Source: Sulfolobales archaeon | GTDB lineage: Archaea > Thermoproteota > Thermoprotei_A > Sulfolobales > AG1 | Direction of reading: 5' to 3' | Assembly: GCA_038867615.1 (NCBI GenBank) | Contig: JAWBYA010000001.1 | Location: forward strand, 96,001 to 160,000 | Length of the DNA stretch: 64,000 bases | Part shown: positions 9,823 through 19,950 of the stretch, one piece after another | How positions within the stretch are numbered: the stretch's first letter is position 1 | Layout of the letters: each line of letters starts with the position of its first letter | Position numbers and translations under genes: made by a program | Notes under the pieces: model-generated | Database searches by the model: none | What the model saw: only the letters and a program-made list of their open reading frames with translations | Told to the model about the DNA's origin: nothing

Positions 9823-11598
9823 TTGAGGGCGTCTGCTCTCCTAGCTTCTATCCTTGTTATCATCACATTCTTCGCCCCAGTGCAAGTGTTCATAGGCGAA
9901 GCCGATGCCCAGCTACCGCAAAACGTTAGGTCAGAGCTTACTAGTTATTTGCAAAAACTCTCTAAAGGATGGGATCAAGAGGCTGTCGAGGGTGCTAACC
10001 GGATATTGAGTAATACGAGCTATACTTCGAAGGCGTGGGAGAACTTCTTTACAGAGTATTTTAGCTCTAACCCGTTTACGGATCATCTTAAGTTCTATCT
10101 CAGCTACGCGGTTTTCTCGTGGTTTAGTGAAGATGTTCGTCTCAACCTTCAAAAGGGCCTTATAAACCCGATGTTAACAAACATAAAGCATATTATGGAG
10201 AACTATAGTAAGAATTTGAGCGATACTCTATCCAGCAACCCCGCAATTCTTCAGACACTCTTCAATTCCCACGGGTTTATCAACGATTATACGAAGCTCG
10301 GCGTAGTGGGGGATGAGGCTAACTACAAAATATATTCTTTCTATATCAAGCTAGTGAGAGACTATCCCCATCTGCTGAGGAAAGAGATCACCTTCAACCC
10401 AAACACACAGCCATATCTCGCAACAATAAGGGCTCAAGTGTGGATGAACCTTAGAGACGCTATACCCCTAAACCAAAGCGTAAAGCAAGAAATAGCCGAA
10501 ACAATAGGTCTTGATGGCATTTATCTCGATATATGGCGTGAGTTCTCAATACTGGTGATAGATAACAATGGCTTCGATAAAAGGCAGTTAGAGGTTATAC
10601 AAGACGTTTTGAGCAAGATCCCGAAAGATCTACATATGCTTGGTAGCATCACATGCAATGAGCTGTTGGGCAATACGAATGAGCGTTTTCTATGGTTTTC
10701 TACAAAGCTGAGTGTGAATCTATTCAACGTAAAAGTCGGTTCATATATTGAAAACCAGTTTCCAAATGATATAGAGCCGGGGTACTCTGACCTCTTCACA
10801 ATGGTTCTTATCCATGAGGTTAACCACGCGGTTGATGCATATCTATACCCACGCTTTAAATGGTTCTCCACACCGGATCCGAGTTATAAACCCCGTCTAG
10901 ATGGTTTGATAGCAAGGGCTGGGAACAATAGCATGAATTATCTCAGAAGCATGTTCGAAAGCGGCTTTTTTGTGAAATACCCGCAGGAGTTCTTTGCATC
11001 GATATCAAACCAGTATTTCAGCAACAGCTCCCACACACTAAAGCTCGCTTTAAGCAGATTTGATAAGGGGTATAAAGAGCCAATCAATCAATTCCTATTC
11101 TTCGCAAATGTCTACTCCCAAGGAGGGAACACCACGCTCTTCTACACCACCGATACCAATGGTAACGTGTATAGGAGAGAGGTGCCGATCTTTAGGGATT
11201 GGAATGGAAATATAGTCGCGATAGCCGATGGCAAGAATATGTATAGATTCACATTGGATCGGGATGGTAATGTTATCTCCTACTCCATCACCGAAGCACC
11301 TCTAATGAATGTCAGCTTCGACATCGAACCCAGGGTTGGCGAGCTTATAATTGATAATATAAAATACAGCGCGGATGAGATGCCCGTATCTTTCAAATGG
11401 GGTTTGGGCTCTGTGCACTCAATCGAAGCCCCAAAGATTATCGAGATAGGACCAGGGCTCCGCCTCGTCTTTGACGGATGGAGTGATGGGGTTACTTCAG
11501 CTAAAAGAACAATAATGGTATTATCCCCAGCTATGTTGGTTGCAAAATATAGAGTAGAACATCTTAGAGAACCTATATATATGCCGTTTGGTTCTTAG
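9823..11598 (+). CDS. Secreted hypothetical protein with an HEXXH zincin-like motif and a C-terminal beta-rich domain
   Basis: Signal-peptide-like N-terminus from TTG 9823, HEVNH, downstream QEFFA, FDGWSDG; composition differs from neighbouring genes. Confidence 0.75.
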   Translation: MRASALLASILVIITFFAPVQVFIGEADAQLPQNVRSELTSYLQKLSKGWDQEAVEGANRILSNTSYTSKAWENFFTEYFSSNPFTDHLKFYLSYAVFSWFSEDVRLNLQKGLINPMLTNIKHIMENYSKNLSDTLSSNPAILQTLFNSHGFINDYTKLGVVGDEANYKIYSFYIKLVRDYPHLLRKEITFNPNTQPYLATIRAQVWMNLRDAIPLNQSVKQEIAETIGLDGIYLDIWREFSILVIDNNGFDKRQLEVIQDVLSKIPKDLHMLGSITCNELLGNTNERFLWFSTKLSVNLFNVKVGSYIENQFPNDIEPGYSDLFTMVLIHEVNHAVDAYLYPRFKWFSTPDPSYKPRLDGLIARAGNNSMNYLRSMFESGFFVKYPQEFFASISNQYFSNSSHTLKLALSRFDKGYKEPINQFLFFANVYSQGGNTTLFYTTDTNGNVYRREVPIFRDWNGNIVAIADGKNMYRFTLDRDGNVISYSITEAPLMNVSFDIEPRVGELIIDNIKYSADEMPVSFKWGLGSVHSIEAPKIIEIGPGLRLVFDGWSDGVTSAKRTIMVLSPAMLVAKYRVEHLREPIYMPFGS

Positions 11599-11657
11599 AT
11601 ATTAATTTTATTTCTCTTTGTTTTCTTCCATATCTAGCGACTTTAACACTCACCTTT

Positions 11658-11842
11658 AGTGTGGGGATAGAGGCCTGAGTGGATGGGCCGGAGCTGCTAT
11701 GAGGGGCTATGGGTTGGGGTTTCTCTGGATGTGTGGGGGCTGAGTATATGGGCTCCAGTGATGGGGGCTTTGAGGTCTGTGAAGCCGGGGGAACAGTTGA
11801 TATCAAAAAAAAAAAATACCTCCGCTATGAAACCCGAACCCC
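11658..11842 (+). mobile_element. Family 1 element, copy D (5'-truncated), overlapping the gcvPB 3' end
   Basis: GGGGATAGAGGCCTGAGTGG, GGGTTGGGGTTTCTCTGGAT and CCGCTATGAAACCCGAACCCC match other copies. Confidence 0.8.
11805..11816 (-). terminator. Oligo-T (T12) terminator candidate for gcvPA-gcvPB
   Basis: A12 on the plus strand, 8 nt past the gcvPB stop codon. Confidence 0.55.
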
Positions 11843-13336
11843 ATATACGGATCTGTATATTTTATAGCTTGGAGCAAGGGTCTTTGGATGGTTTGCTCTA
11901 ACCATGTCAAGCCTGGACACTGAGGTGTTGCTCGGTGTTTTCTTGACCTCCTCGGGATTTCTATAAGCCTTCTCCGCGATCTTGTTGAGGATCTCTGCGT
12001 ATGCCTCTATAACCTCTCTAGGCTCTGTCTCTGTGAACTCTACCATTAGGGCTTCGCTAACTATGAGTGGGAAGTATATTGTTGGGGCGTGGAGCCCTTC
12101 GTTAAGCAACGCCTTAGCTATATCCTCTGTCGTCACACCAGTCTCTCTCGCTATCTTGCTAGCGCTTATAACAACCTCGTGTTTCCTGGGCTTCTCGGGC
12201 GCATAGGGTAACTCGTAATATGGCTTCTCAAGGATCTTCTTTATAAAGTAGTTTGTATTCAATACAGAGATCTCGGAGACCTCCCTCAACCCTTGGGGAC
12301 CTAGCATCGCTATATATGCGAATGTCCTCACAACAGGCGCTATATTTCCATAGAAGGCTCTAACAGCTCCTATGCATTTCTTACAATCATAATCCCAGTA
12401 GTACTTATCACCTTTTCTCTCTACCAAGGGTCTTGGGAGGTAGTCTACAAGCTCTCCCCTAGCGCATACAACACCTCCTCCAGGACCCCCACCCCCATGG
12501 GGTGTTGCGAATGTCTTGTGCAGGTTGAGGTGAACTATATCGAAGCCCATATCCCCCGGCCTTGCAATCCCCATTATCCCGTTGAGGTTAGCCCCATCAT
12601 AGTATAGAAGCCCTCCAGCACCATGGACTATATCAGAGATCTCGAGTATCCTGCTCTCAAAGATTCCGAGGGTGTTTGGGTTGGTGAGCATAATCCCAGC
12701 GGTTCTCGGACCCACAGAAGCTTTTAACGCTTCTATAGAGACCTCTCCATCAGGGCCTGTGGGGATTCTAACAACCTTGAAGCCTGCCATCGCAGCGCTG
12801 GCAGGGTTGCTTCCATGGGCAGAGTCTGGTATGAGCATCTCATCCCTCTCCTCACCCCTATCGAGGTGGTATTTCCTAATCATAAGGGCTCCTGCAAACT
12901 CGCCAGCAGCCCCTGCTGGGGGTTGGAAGCTACATCTATCCATACCGGTGATCTCGGCTAACCATCTCTCGGTTAGATATATTATTTCCAGGATACCCTG
13001 AACAGTATCGATATCCTGTAGGGGGTGGAGCTCGACAACTCTTGGATCCATGGCTATGAGATCTAACACCTTAGGATTATACTTCATGGTGCACGAGCCG
13101 AGAGGAACCGGCCCTAGATCTACTCCATATGACATCTGGGATAACCTGGTGTAGTGTCTAACAACCTCGATCTCGGAGAGCGTTGGTATTGAGGGCTCGT
13201 CTTTTCTCAACAGGTTCTCGGGGATCTTTATCTCGATCTCGCTAAACTGATCCTCGTAGGGGATGAGGGGTCCTGCAGAAGATCTCCTTCCACGTTCTAG
13301 CAAGAGATCCTCGTCCCACCTAGCCTGTCTCCACAT
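11825..13336 (-). CDS. gcvPB: Glycine dehydrogenase (decarboxylating) subunit 2
   Basis: PLGSCTMKYNP, AHGSNPASA and NLHKTFATPHGGGGPG motifs. Confidence 0.96.
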   Translation of the reverse strand: MWRQARWDEDLLLERGRRSSAGPLIPYEDQFSEIEIKIPENLLRKDEPSIPTLSEIEVVRHYTRLSQMSYGVDLGPVPLGSCTMKYNPKVLDLIAMDPRVVELHPLQDIDTVQGILEIIYLTERWLAEITGMDRCSFQPPAGAAGEFAGALMIRKYHLDRGEERDEMLIPDSAHGSNPASAAMAGFKVVRIPTGPDGEVSIEALKASVGPRTAGIMLTNPNTLGIFESRILEISDIVHGAGGLLYYDGANLNGIMGIARPGDMGFDIVHLNLHKTFATPHGGGGPGGGVVCARGELVDYLPRPLVERKGDKYYWDYDCKKCIGAVRAFYGNIAPVVRTFAYIAMLGPQGLREVSEISVLNTNYFIKKILEKPYYELPYAPEKPRKHEVVISASKIARETGVTTEDIAKALLNEGLHAPTIYFPLIVSEALMVEFTETEPREVIEAYAEILNKIAEKAYRNPEEVKKTPSNTSVSRLDMVRANHPKTLAPSYKIYRSVYGVRVS

Positions 13337-13337
13337 A

Positions 13338-14714
13338 TCAGCTCACCTCGTCTAGAGCGTTTATAAGGAGATCTATATCGCTTTTGCTATGAACCTCTGA
13401 GAAGCAGAAGAGGGAGCAATCCTCATAACCCCTTAGAAGATCTTTTAACCATAGTCCCCCGTGGATGCCTCTAGCCAAGAGATCCCTATGGATCTCTTCG
13501 TAACTCCTCCTATGGAATCTCAAGGGTACCTCCTTAAAGAGAAGATCTGTGTCAATAGCTATAGAGACCCTGCCTTGGAGCCTTTCTCTAATACTCTCAA
13601 CAGCATATCTAGTTCTCTTCAAAATGCTTTCTCCAAGCCTTCTTAACCCATTCCAACCCAGGTATGAGATATATATAGCCCCCATAATCGCCATGAGGGA
13701 GGAGTTTGTGGTTATATTACTTGTAGCCTTCTCCCTCCTAATATGCTGCTCCCTAGTCTGGAGGATCAGTGAATAACCCCTATCACCATTAGAATCGAGC
13801 GTCACGCCAACCAGCCTTCCTGGAAGCTGTTTCAACAACCCCTGATCCATTCTAACCCCGAGGATCCCTAGCCCAGGGCCTCCATAGTTAAGCCCTAAGC
13901 CGAGGCCTTGTCCATCGCCAACAACTATATCGGCACCATAGCTTCCAGGAGGCTTTATAACCCCGAGGCTTACAGGGTCTGAGAAGACTATAAACAAGGA
14001 TCCCTTGCTCCTAACTATGCTTCCTATCTCTTCGGGCTCCTCGACCATGTTTCCAAGGAAAGACGGGTTTTCTAGATAGACAGCAGCCGTCTCCCCATCA
14101 ATCCTACCAATCAAATCCTGGATCAAGGGCTGTCCTCTCCCATCAACCCTATACTCTGCAATAACACCCCCGACAGGCGAGATCCACGTATTGGCAACAG
14201 ATCTATGGAAGGGGTTCATAGTCTCGGGAACAAGGATCTTCCTCCTCCCAGTAACCCTCATGGCAAGCCTGAAGGCCTCGGCAACAGCCGTCGAGCCGTC
14301 GTACATAGAGGCGTTAACAACATCGACGCCATATAGCTCGGCCATCATGCTTTGATACTCAAACAAAGCTTGGAGAATACCCTGGTTTATCTCAGGCTGG
14401 TAAGGAGTATATGCTGTGTAAACCTCGCCCCTTAGTGAGAGGAGCCTGGCTATAGAGGGGGTGTGGCTAGCACATAACCCGCCTCCTATGAATGGGGGAG
14501 GATCCCTGAATACTTTGTTCTTAGACAATATCCTATCGACAAGCCTGAGAACCTCGTACTCAGATAACGGTTTCCCAAACCCTACGTTGAGGTTCTTCTT
14601 AAGCCTTATAGGCTCTGGTATGTCTGCGAAAAGTTCATCTATATTTTTACCAATGCTCCTTAGCATTGAAGCCTTGATCTCGGGATCCGAATTCGGGATC
14701 CAGTTATGATACAT
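13338..14714 (-). CDS. gcvPA: Glycine dehydrogenase (decarboxylating) subunit 1
   Basis: TAYTPYQPEINQG, NASMYDG and LQTREQHIRREKATSNI motifs. Confidence 0.96.
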   Translation of the reverse strand: MYHNWIPNSDPEIKASMLRSIGKNIDELFADIPEPIRLKKNLNVGFGKPLSEYEVLRLVDRILSKNKVFRDPPPFIGGGLCASHTPSIARLLSLRGEVYTAYTPYQPEINQGILQALFEYQSMMAELYGVDVVNASMYDGSTAVAEAFRLAMRVTGRRKILVPETMNPFHRSVANTWISPVGGVIAEYRVDGRGQPLIQDLIGRIDGETAAVYLENPSFLGNMVEEPEEIGSIVRSKGSLFIVFSDPVSLGVIKPPGSYGADIVVGDGQGLGLGLNYGGPGLGILGVRMDQGLLKQLPGRLVGVTLDSNGDRGYSLILQTREQHIRREKATSNITTNSSLMAIMGAIYISYLGWNGLRRLGESILKRTRYAVESIRERLQGRVSIAIDTDLLFKEVPLRFHRRSYEEIHRDLLARGIHGGLWLKDLLRGYEDCSLFCFSEVHSKSDIDLLINALDEVS

Positions 14715-14959
14715 CTTAGAGCTCCATAGAAGACTAGCAAATAAAGATTAATAATGGAGAGGTTACGAATCCTTTTCCCAGGCTTATTACGAACAAGTGT
14801 TGTATGAAACGATCTTTCACCGCACAGCCTATTGCCCAGAATATCAAAGCTTAGAAATCCTGGCTTGCGTGTATCAAAAAGCTAGCTAGACAACCAGTGT
14901 GTTGCGGCAGTGCGTGGTAGAATTGCTCTGAGAGATCTGTTCTAAGAGTTACTGTGTTT

Positions 14960-15349
14960 CTAGCCAATCCTCTTGGTGCGTAGTTCTACCACTACTCTCT
15001 TCATAGATATGATAGCTATACATGCCAGTAACGATACTACGATGTAAACTATTATTGGTATTGCTATTATTACTTGCCAGCTGAGCCCGGTTATAGATGA
15101 TAGTATATCCAGCATTCTCATCGTCCTCGGATCCATGGAGATCCTTGTTATAATTGGGGCTGTAAACACTACTAGAGAGGCTATGATACTGTTAAAGGCT
15201 CCTGCTCGAGCACTGTTAGGTGATAGGATAGCTAGTGGTATTGCTATTAGGATCGATATCCATAGCCAGTCAAGGCCAAGCACGCCTCCCACTATACCAA
15301 CAATGATCCCAGATATGATCGGGTATATGTGATCTCTAAGCATACCCAT
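14960..15349 (-). CDS. Hypothetical membrane protein
   Basis: Several hydrophobic helices; starts 6 nt after the acylase stop. Confidence 0.75.
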   Translation of the reverse strand: MGMLRDHIYPIISGIIVGIVGGVLGLDWLWISILIAIPLAILSPNSARAGAFNSIIASLVVFTAPIITRISMDPRTMRMLDILSSITGLSWQVIIAIPIIVYIVVSLLACIAIISMKRVVVELRTKRIG

Positions 15350-15355
15350 CCCAGA

Positions 15356-17902
15356 TCACCTCCCAGGCACCATATCGATCACAGCTACCTTGCTTCTAAC
15401 AGCCTCTGGGTTTGTTGGGAGATCCAGTTCCCTATATTTATAGCTATACCACGTGTCAAAGAAGTTCTTGTAATAATCACTAACAGGGTTCTCGCTCTGG
15501 CCACCTGGGTATATCCCATAAGCCTTTATAGATCCTCTCTCAACATATGCTATAATCCTCCAGCTAGGGCCTGTCCTAACAAACACCTCTCTCCCAAGGT
15601 TTCTGAGATCGTATTGGAAGCCAGCATTCATCAGAGTGGCTGACGCCCCATCCTCAGGCACTGGTTCTATAGATAGGGGTTTTAGCCCGCTTAGATGGGC
15701 TATATATAGCCTGTGGATCTTTCCCCATACCCAGGAGTTGATATCATCGCCATAAACAGCTCTAAGCCTATCCATTGCTTTGGAGAGGGCTTTTCTAGCA
15801 GCGTCGCTTAGGTTCCCGCCAAACCATTTCGAGCCAGGCATATTATGGATCAGCCATACCAGTGCGTCTTCCGTGGGATAGATTCTCAGCTTGATCCCGT
15901 GGTCTGCATATATTTTTGAGAAAGCCTCATCGTAGAGGGCTGAGAACCAAGCCCACCATATCGTTGGTGCAACTAGATTCTTATCCATCCTATAATCCCA
16001 CGATCTGAGGATCTCGAGGGCTTTGAGCTCGACGGGGCTTAGATCCCTATACCCCTCAACAGCCCTGATAAGCGTGGGGGTTGTTGACGAGGCATACCAT
16101 AGATGTATATCTGATTGGTATTTCATCATATCCTCCACCGAGTGCTTATCCTTGCTGGAGAGGAGCTGGTATATCCTCTGAGCCCTGGCACCAGGATCCC
16201 ACCAGCTCCCCAGGATAAAGTATGGGTAATAGGGACCAACGCTCATCTGGTTAGGTGCTGCGGCCCAACCCCTCTGGGGGTTAATGGTTCTTGGTATCTG
16301 CTCGTAGGGAACATAACCCTCCCACCCATAGCCACCGCTCCCATTCAGTATAGATCTAGACCCTATAACCCTCACCACATCGCCGTCGGGCAGCCTAACA
16401 CTCCTGTATGGGAAGAGGCCGGGTATTATTATCCCGTAGTTATTCTCCCTATCTATGAAGGCCCAGTTCTGTGAGGGTATATCCCAGTATCTGAGGGCGT
16501 TAACAAGATCCTCGTAGTTCTTAGCCTTGTTAACGAGATATATTGCTAAAACCTCCCTCGTAACCCCGCTGTTATCGTTCATATACCCCGCATTACCAAC
16601 CCATCTAAGCGATATGGGGGCTCCTTTGGTGCTTATTATAGGACCATTAGCTGTTATATTTACCTTTAATAGATAGACACCATAGCCCTTAACCCTTATG
16701 GGCTCCTCAACCACCTTTAAAGGTCTCCACTCGCCATTATAGAGGTAGGAGCCGTTTGATATCTTCTCTAGATAGAAGTCCATAACGCCTATCTGTGTGT
16801 TTGTGAGGCCCCATGCGACATGCTCGTTAAACCCTATGATTATGAATGGTATGCCTGGGAGGGTTACGCCCCTCACATTCATGTCAGGAGTCTTTATATG
16901 GGCCTCGTACCATATGGCTGGTATGTTGAGCGGTAGGTGGGGATCGTCTGCCATTATAGCCCCACCGGTTGTGGATCTAGAGGGCCCCACAACCCAGTTA
17001 TTACTCCCTATATCTGGTGGTTTCTCACCGCTGAGATCCAGTATGGATTCTATGGCGTCGAGGATCTGTTGTGCAAGATCTCGATCGCTGAGATCTATTC
17101 CCGTCGCCCATTGCGAGAACCAGTTAAGGCTTCTAAGATAACCGGGATCCTTATTGATTCTAAGGCCATCTATACTCCCATCCCCAGGGATCACTGTTAC
17201 GTTATCTCCATAGTATGGGTGGACTGGGAAGAGTACATTGGTATCGCTAGGCCCTAGTTTTATCGCTAGGTATGTTAGCTCTAGCGGTTCGAAGAAGTTC
17301 GTTAAACCCCAAGCCATATAGAGAGCCCATGCCATGCTATCCTCAGGCCTCCAGGGCTCTGGCTCGTATCCAAGCAGCTTGAACATCAATGGCAGCTCGT
17401 TCCTCGCCTTCATCCCCTCTACAGCCATGTTAACCCCCGCTGAGTATGCTACCATTATCGAGTAGACATCCGGGTAGGTGTTCTCAAGCCACTTTGTAGT
17501 GTTAACAGCAGCTCTATAGAGCCCCACTATCCTCATATAGATATCCTGTTTCAGCGTAGAGTTACCAAGAATCTCTGAGAGCCTCCCCTCGGCAAGCCTT
17601 CTCTGTATATCCATTTGCCACAATCTATGGTGGGCGTGGAGATATCCAAGTGCGTATGACGCGTCCCGCCAGCTCGATGCATATATGTGGGGAACCATAT
17701 CGCCGTCAAAAACCACTGTAACACTGTTATCGATCCCCTTCACACTGATCCTTATAGAACCTCTGAAATCCCCCCTCCCTATTTCTGTCCACACACCAGC
17801 ATAGGGGTTCATGAGAGATGCTACAGATCCGAAGGATAGGGTTAATAATATAATCAATATAAGTGATACAGCTATTACTGCTATCTCTCTAGCTATACCC
17901 AA
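15356..17902 (-). CDS. Penicillin acylase-family Ntn hydrolase, membrane-anchored
   Basis: GYLHAHHRLWQMD, GSNNW nucleophile, DPHL and YPGGQSENP motifs; N-terminal transmembrane helix. Confidence 0.92.
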   Translation of the reverse strand: MGIAREIAVIAVSLILIILLTLSFGSVASLMNPYAGVWTEIGRGDFRGSIRISVKGIDNSVTVVFDGDMVPHIYASSWRDASYALGYLHAHHRLWQMDIQRRLAEGRLSEILGNSTLKQDIYMRIVGLYRAAVNTTKWLENTYPDVYSIMVAYSAGVNMAVEGMKARNELPLMFKLLGYEPEPWRPEDSMAWALYMAWGLTNFFEPLELTYLAIKLGPSDTNVLFPVHPYYGDNVTVIPGDGSIDGLRINKDPGYLRSLNWFSQWATGIDLSDRDLAQQILDAIESILDLSGEKPPDIGSNNWVVGPSRSTTGGAIMADDPHLPLNIPAIWYEAHIKTPDMNVRGVTLPGIPFIIIGFNEHVAWGLTNTQIGVMDFYLEKISNGSYLYNGEWRPLKVVEEPIRVKGYGVYLLKVNITANGPIISTKGAPISLRWVGNAGYMNDNSGVTREVLAIYLVNKAKNYEDLVNALRYWDIPSQNWAFIDRENNYGIIIPGLFPYRSVRLPDGDVVRVIGSRSILNGSGGYGWEGYVPYEQIPRTINPQRGWAAAPNQMSVGPYYPYFILGSWWDPGARAQRIYQLLSSKDKHSVEDMMKYQSDIHLWYASSTTPTLIRAVEGYRDLSPVELKALEILRSWDYRMDKNLVAPTIWWAWFSALYDEAFSKIYADHGIKLRIYPTEDALVWLIHNMPGSKWFGGNLSDAARKALSKAMDRLRAVYGDDINSWVWGKIHRLYIAHLSGLKPLSIEPVPEDGASATLMNAGFQYDLRNLGREVFVRTGPSWRIIAYVERGSIKAYGIYPGGQSENPVSDYYKNFFDTWYSYKYRELDLPTNPEAVRSKVAVIDMVPGR

Positions 17903-17966
17903 ATATATTACACCGTATATTAATAATCAGACAACTTATATTTTCATAATTAGTAGCAGCTGTCAC

Positions 17967-18015
17967 TCATATATGCGGGACATCATCACCATTCAGATCC
18001 GGGTTCTCTAATCAC
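17967..18015 (-). ncRNA. Box C/D sRNA candidate
   Basis: Minus strand: GTGATTA - 12 nt - CTGA - 3 nt - GTGATGA - 12 nt - ATGA. Confidence 0.65.
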
Positions 18016-18177
18016 CAATAAGTATTACACACCAGGATATATAGCTACACACAAGCCGGGACTTGGAGTTAGGTAACATGGAGATCCTAAGATCCTTGAT
18101 CGTGTAAGGATCGTTAGGAACCGATAGGCGAATGCTTAATAAACTCCTAGAAGAGATAGCTATTGGAAAACCCTCTA

Positions 18178-18226
18178 ATGATGTGTGTGGCGGTCTCTGA
18201 ACAGTGATGTATTAGGAGCTCGCTGA
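18178..18226 (+). ncRNA. Box C/D sRNA candidate
   Basis: ATGATGT - GTGTGGCGGTCT - CTGA - ACA - GTGATGT - ATTAGGAGCTCG - CTGA; both guides are 12 nt. Confidence 0.75.
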
Positions 18227-18323
18227 CCTCCACGATCCTGAGGGTTTGTCTATGCTTCAAGCATAGCATAGAATGCAGCAGACAGATACTCTTGGTTTAA
18301 CAAGCATGTTGTCCAACAACAGT

Positions 18324-18381
18324 ATGACGAGATCTTAATGCGGCTGAAGCCCTTGGATATGAGGGCTGTTTCCTTAACTGA
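18324..18381 (+). ncRNA. Box C/D sRNA candidate (weaker)
   Basis: ATGACGA - 13 nt - CTGA ... GATATGA - 15 nt - CTGA. Confidence 0.4.
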
Positions 18382-18587
18382 TATTTAGTAGTAGGTATCT
18401 ATAGATCTTCGATTAATACTGTTCTTGGCGGTTATTTGTCTCTATATTGACTCTGGGTGGTGATTGGAGCATCGCTCCAAGCCGTCCAGGGAATGATCTC
18501 TCAGTAGATAGGAGACTAGCGTCGTTTGGCTCGACAGTAGCCAATGAACCTACAAGGTCGATCTACTGTGGAATTGAAAAGGGATAA
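18380..18587 (+). repeat. Diverged dispersed repeat, family 3, copy 1
   Basis: GCTCCAAGCC, ATGATCTCTCAGTAGAT and AGGTCGATCTACT blocks are shared with the reverse complement of 47588-47779; the 5' part matches 39181-39282. Confidence 0.7.
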
Positions 18588-18618
18588 AGGGTAATTGATA
18601 AAGGCGTGGGTGCTCGTT

Positions 18619-19296
18619 GTGGGTCTTGCTAGAGATCTGATGGAGCTCGGTGCAAAGGCGCTCTTCATAGATCTCGACATGACTCTTGTTGATACTGCTA
18701 GGGGCTTGATTATAGCTATGGATATGGTGAGGGGGGAATTCCCTCTAGAGATCCAGCTGGACTCTGATACGAGAGCCATAATGAAGTCCTATTACAATGG
18801 TAGCTTGATAAAGATAAACGAGCCTATGAAGAGATGGATCTTCTGGAGATATGTGTGGATCAAGTATCTCGAGAACAGGATCTACGGGATCCCGATGCCA
18901 TGCTCAGAGGATTTCCTAAGAGAGAGTGCTGGTAGAATGATCACAGCGATAGTAACTGGTAGAGAGGTTGAGACCAGGCTCTTCGTGGACGAGCTCAACA
19001 GCTATGGCTTCCCCCTAGATATGATTAGCGTCTACTCAACCGGAGACCTCGGATTCGGTGTGACAAAGAGAGAGCTCTATGAGCAGTTGGCAAGAAAATA
19101 TGGGAGGCTCGGTATCCCGAGAAGCTCTATAGTTGTTATAAGCGACTCACCAAGGGATCTCTTGTTTGCCAACGAGATAGGGTTTAAAGCGATAGGCTAT
19201 ATACCTTTCGATGATAGAGAGGTGGAGGAGATGATATCCATGGCATCCAATGGTATTGTTATAAGAACCCTCTGCACAAACCACGGGCTCTTTTAA
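18619..19296 (+). CDS. HAD-superfamily hydrolase
   Basis: FIDLDMTLVDT motif I, VTGR, ISDSPRD; start codon uncertain. Confidence 0.8.
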   Translation: MGLARDLMELGAKALFIDLDMTLVDTARGLIIAMDMVRGEFPLEIQLDSDTRAIMKSYYNGSLIKINEPMKRWIFWRYVWIKYLENRIYGIPMPCSEDFLRESAGRMITAIVTGREVETRLFVDELNSYGFPLDMISVYSTGDLGFGVTKRELYEQLARKYGRLGIPRSSIVVISDSPRDLLFANEIGFKAIGYIPFDDREVEEMISMASNGIVIRTLCTNHGLF

Positions 19297-19370
19297 AAAC
19301 CTATTATTGGAAATATGTAAAAAAGATAAGCATGATCTTATGAGGGGAGATGCTTCAATCCCTATAGTAT

Positions 19371-19796
19371 CTATAGCTCCTGTGTTCTGTTAGCATACCC
19401 AATCGAGTATTTCTTAGGCTTTAGGTTCTCGATGATATACTCTGTAGCCTTCCAAGGATCTGAGTGATCGCCACACGTATATACATCTACCGTGGCGTAT
19501 GAATACTCTATCCATGTGTGTATAGCTATATGGCTCTCAGTTACAAGCGCTATCACAGAGACTCCTCCCTTCTTGCCACCAAAGCTCCATGACTTTACCT
19601 CAACTAAGTGCATGTTGGCCTTCTTAGCAGCCTCTACTACTAGGTTTCTGAGGAACTCTTCGTCCGATATACGCGAGGGATCTGGATCATATATGTTTGC
19701 ATATACATGTTTACCAATGATTCTAGTGTCTCTATCCTCTAGAACAAGCTCTTGTTCTACAACGCCTCTATTTTCCTCCCCGGCGTTTTCCCCCAT
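19371..19796 (-). CDS. Pyruvoyl-dependent AdoMetDC-family proenzyme, probably the crenarchaeal arginine decarboxylase paralog
   Basis: ESHIAIHTW cleavage site, VYTCG; IIGKHV and [16 protein letters not shown] resemble the Sulfolobus arginine decarboxylase. Confidence 0.85.
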   Translation of the reverse strand: MGENAGEENRGVVEQELVLEDRDTRIIGKHVYANIYDPDPSRISDEEFLRNLVVEAAKKANMHLVEVKSWSFGGKKGGVSVIALVTESHIAIHTWIEYSYATVDVYTCGDHSDPWKATEYIIENLKPKKYSIGYANRTQEL

Positions 19797-19950
19797 TTTT
19801 ACCCGGTTTCCCTCCTTTTCCATTTTTATTAAAAACATAACATGGAATTTAAGCTTAACTCTGCCTTTTGTGCCTTAACCATGAGAAGGCTGGGAAATAC
19901 CGGGCTGGCTTGAAAGAATATAAGCTCTCTCGCTACTGTGTTGGTGGGCT

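Noticed and set aside
9019-11842. Provirus or integrative element at tRNA-Asn
   Set aside because: No integrase, replication or capsid genes, and no duplicated tRNA 3' end
18595-19838. Calling the 19371-19796 gene speD (AdoMet decarboxylase)
   Set aside because: Its sequence is closer to the crenarchaeal arginine decarboxylase paralog as recalled; the gene symbol is withheld pending phylogeny
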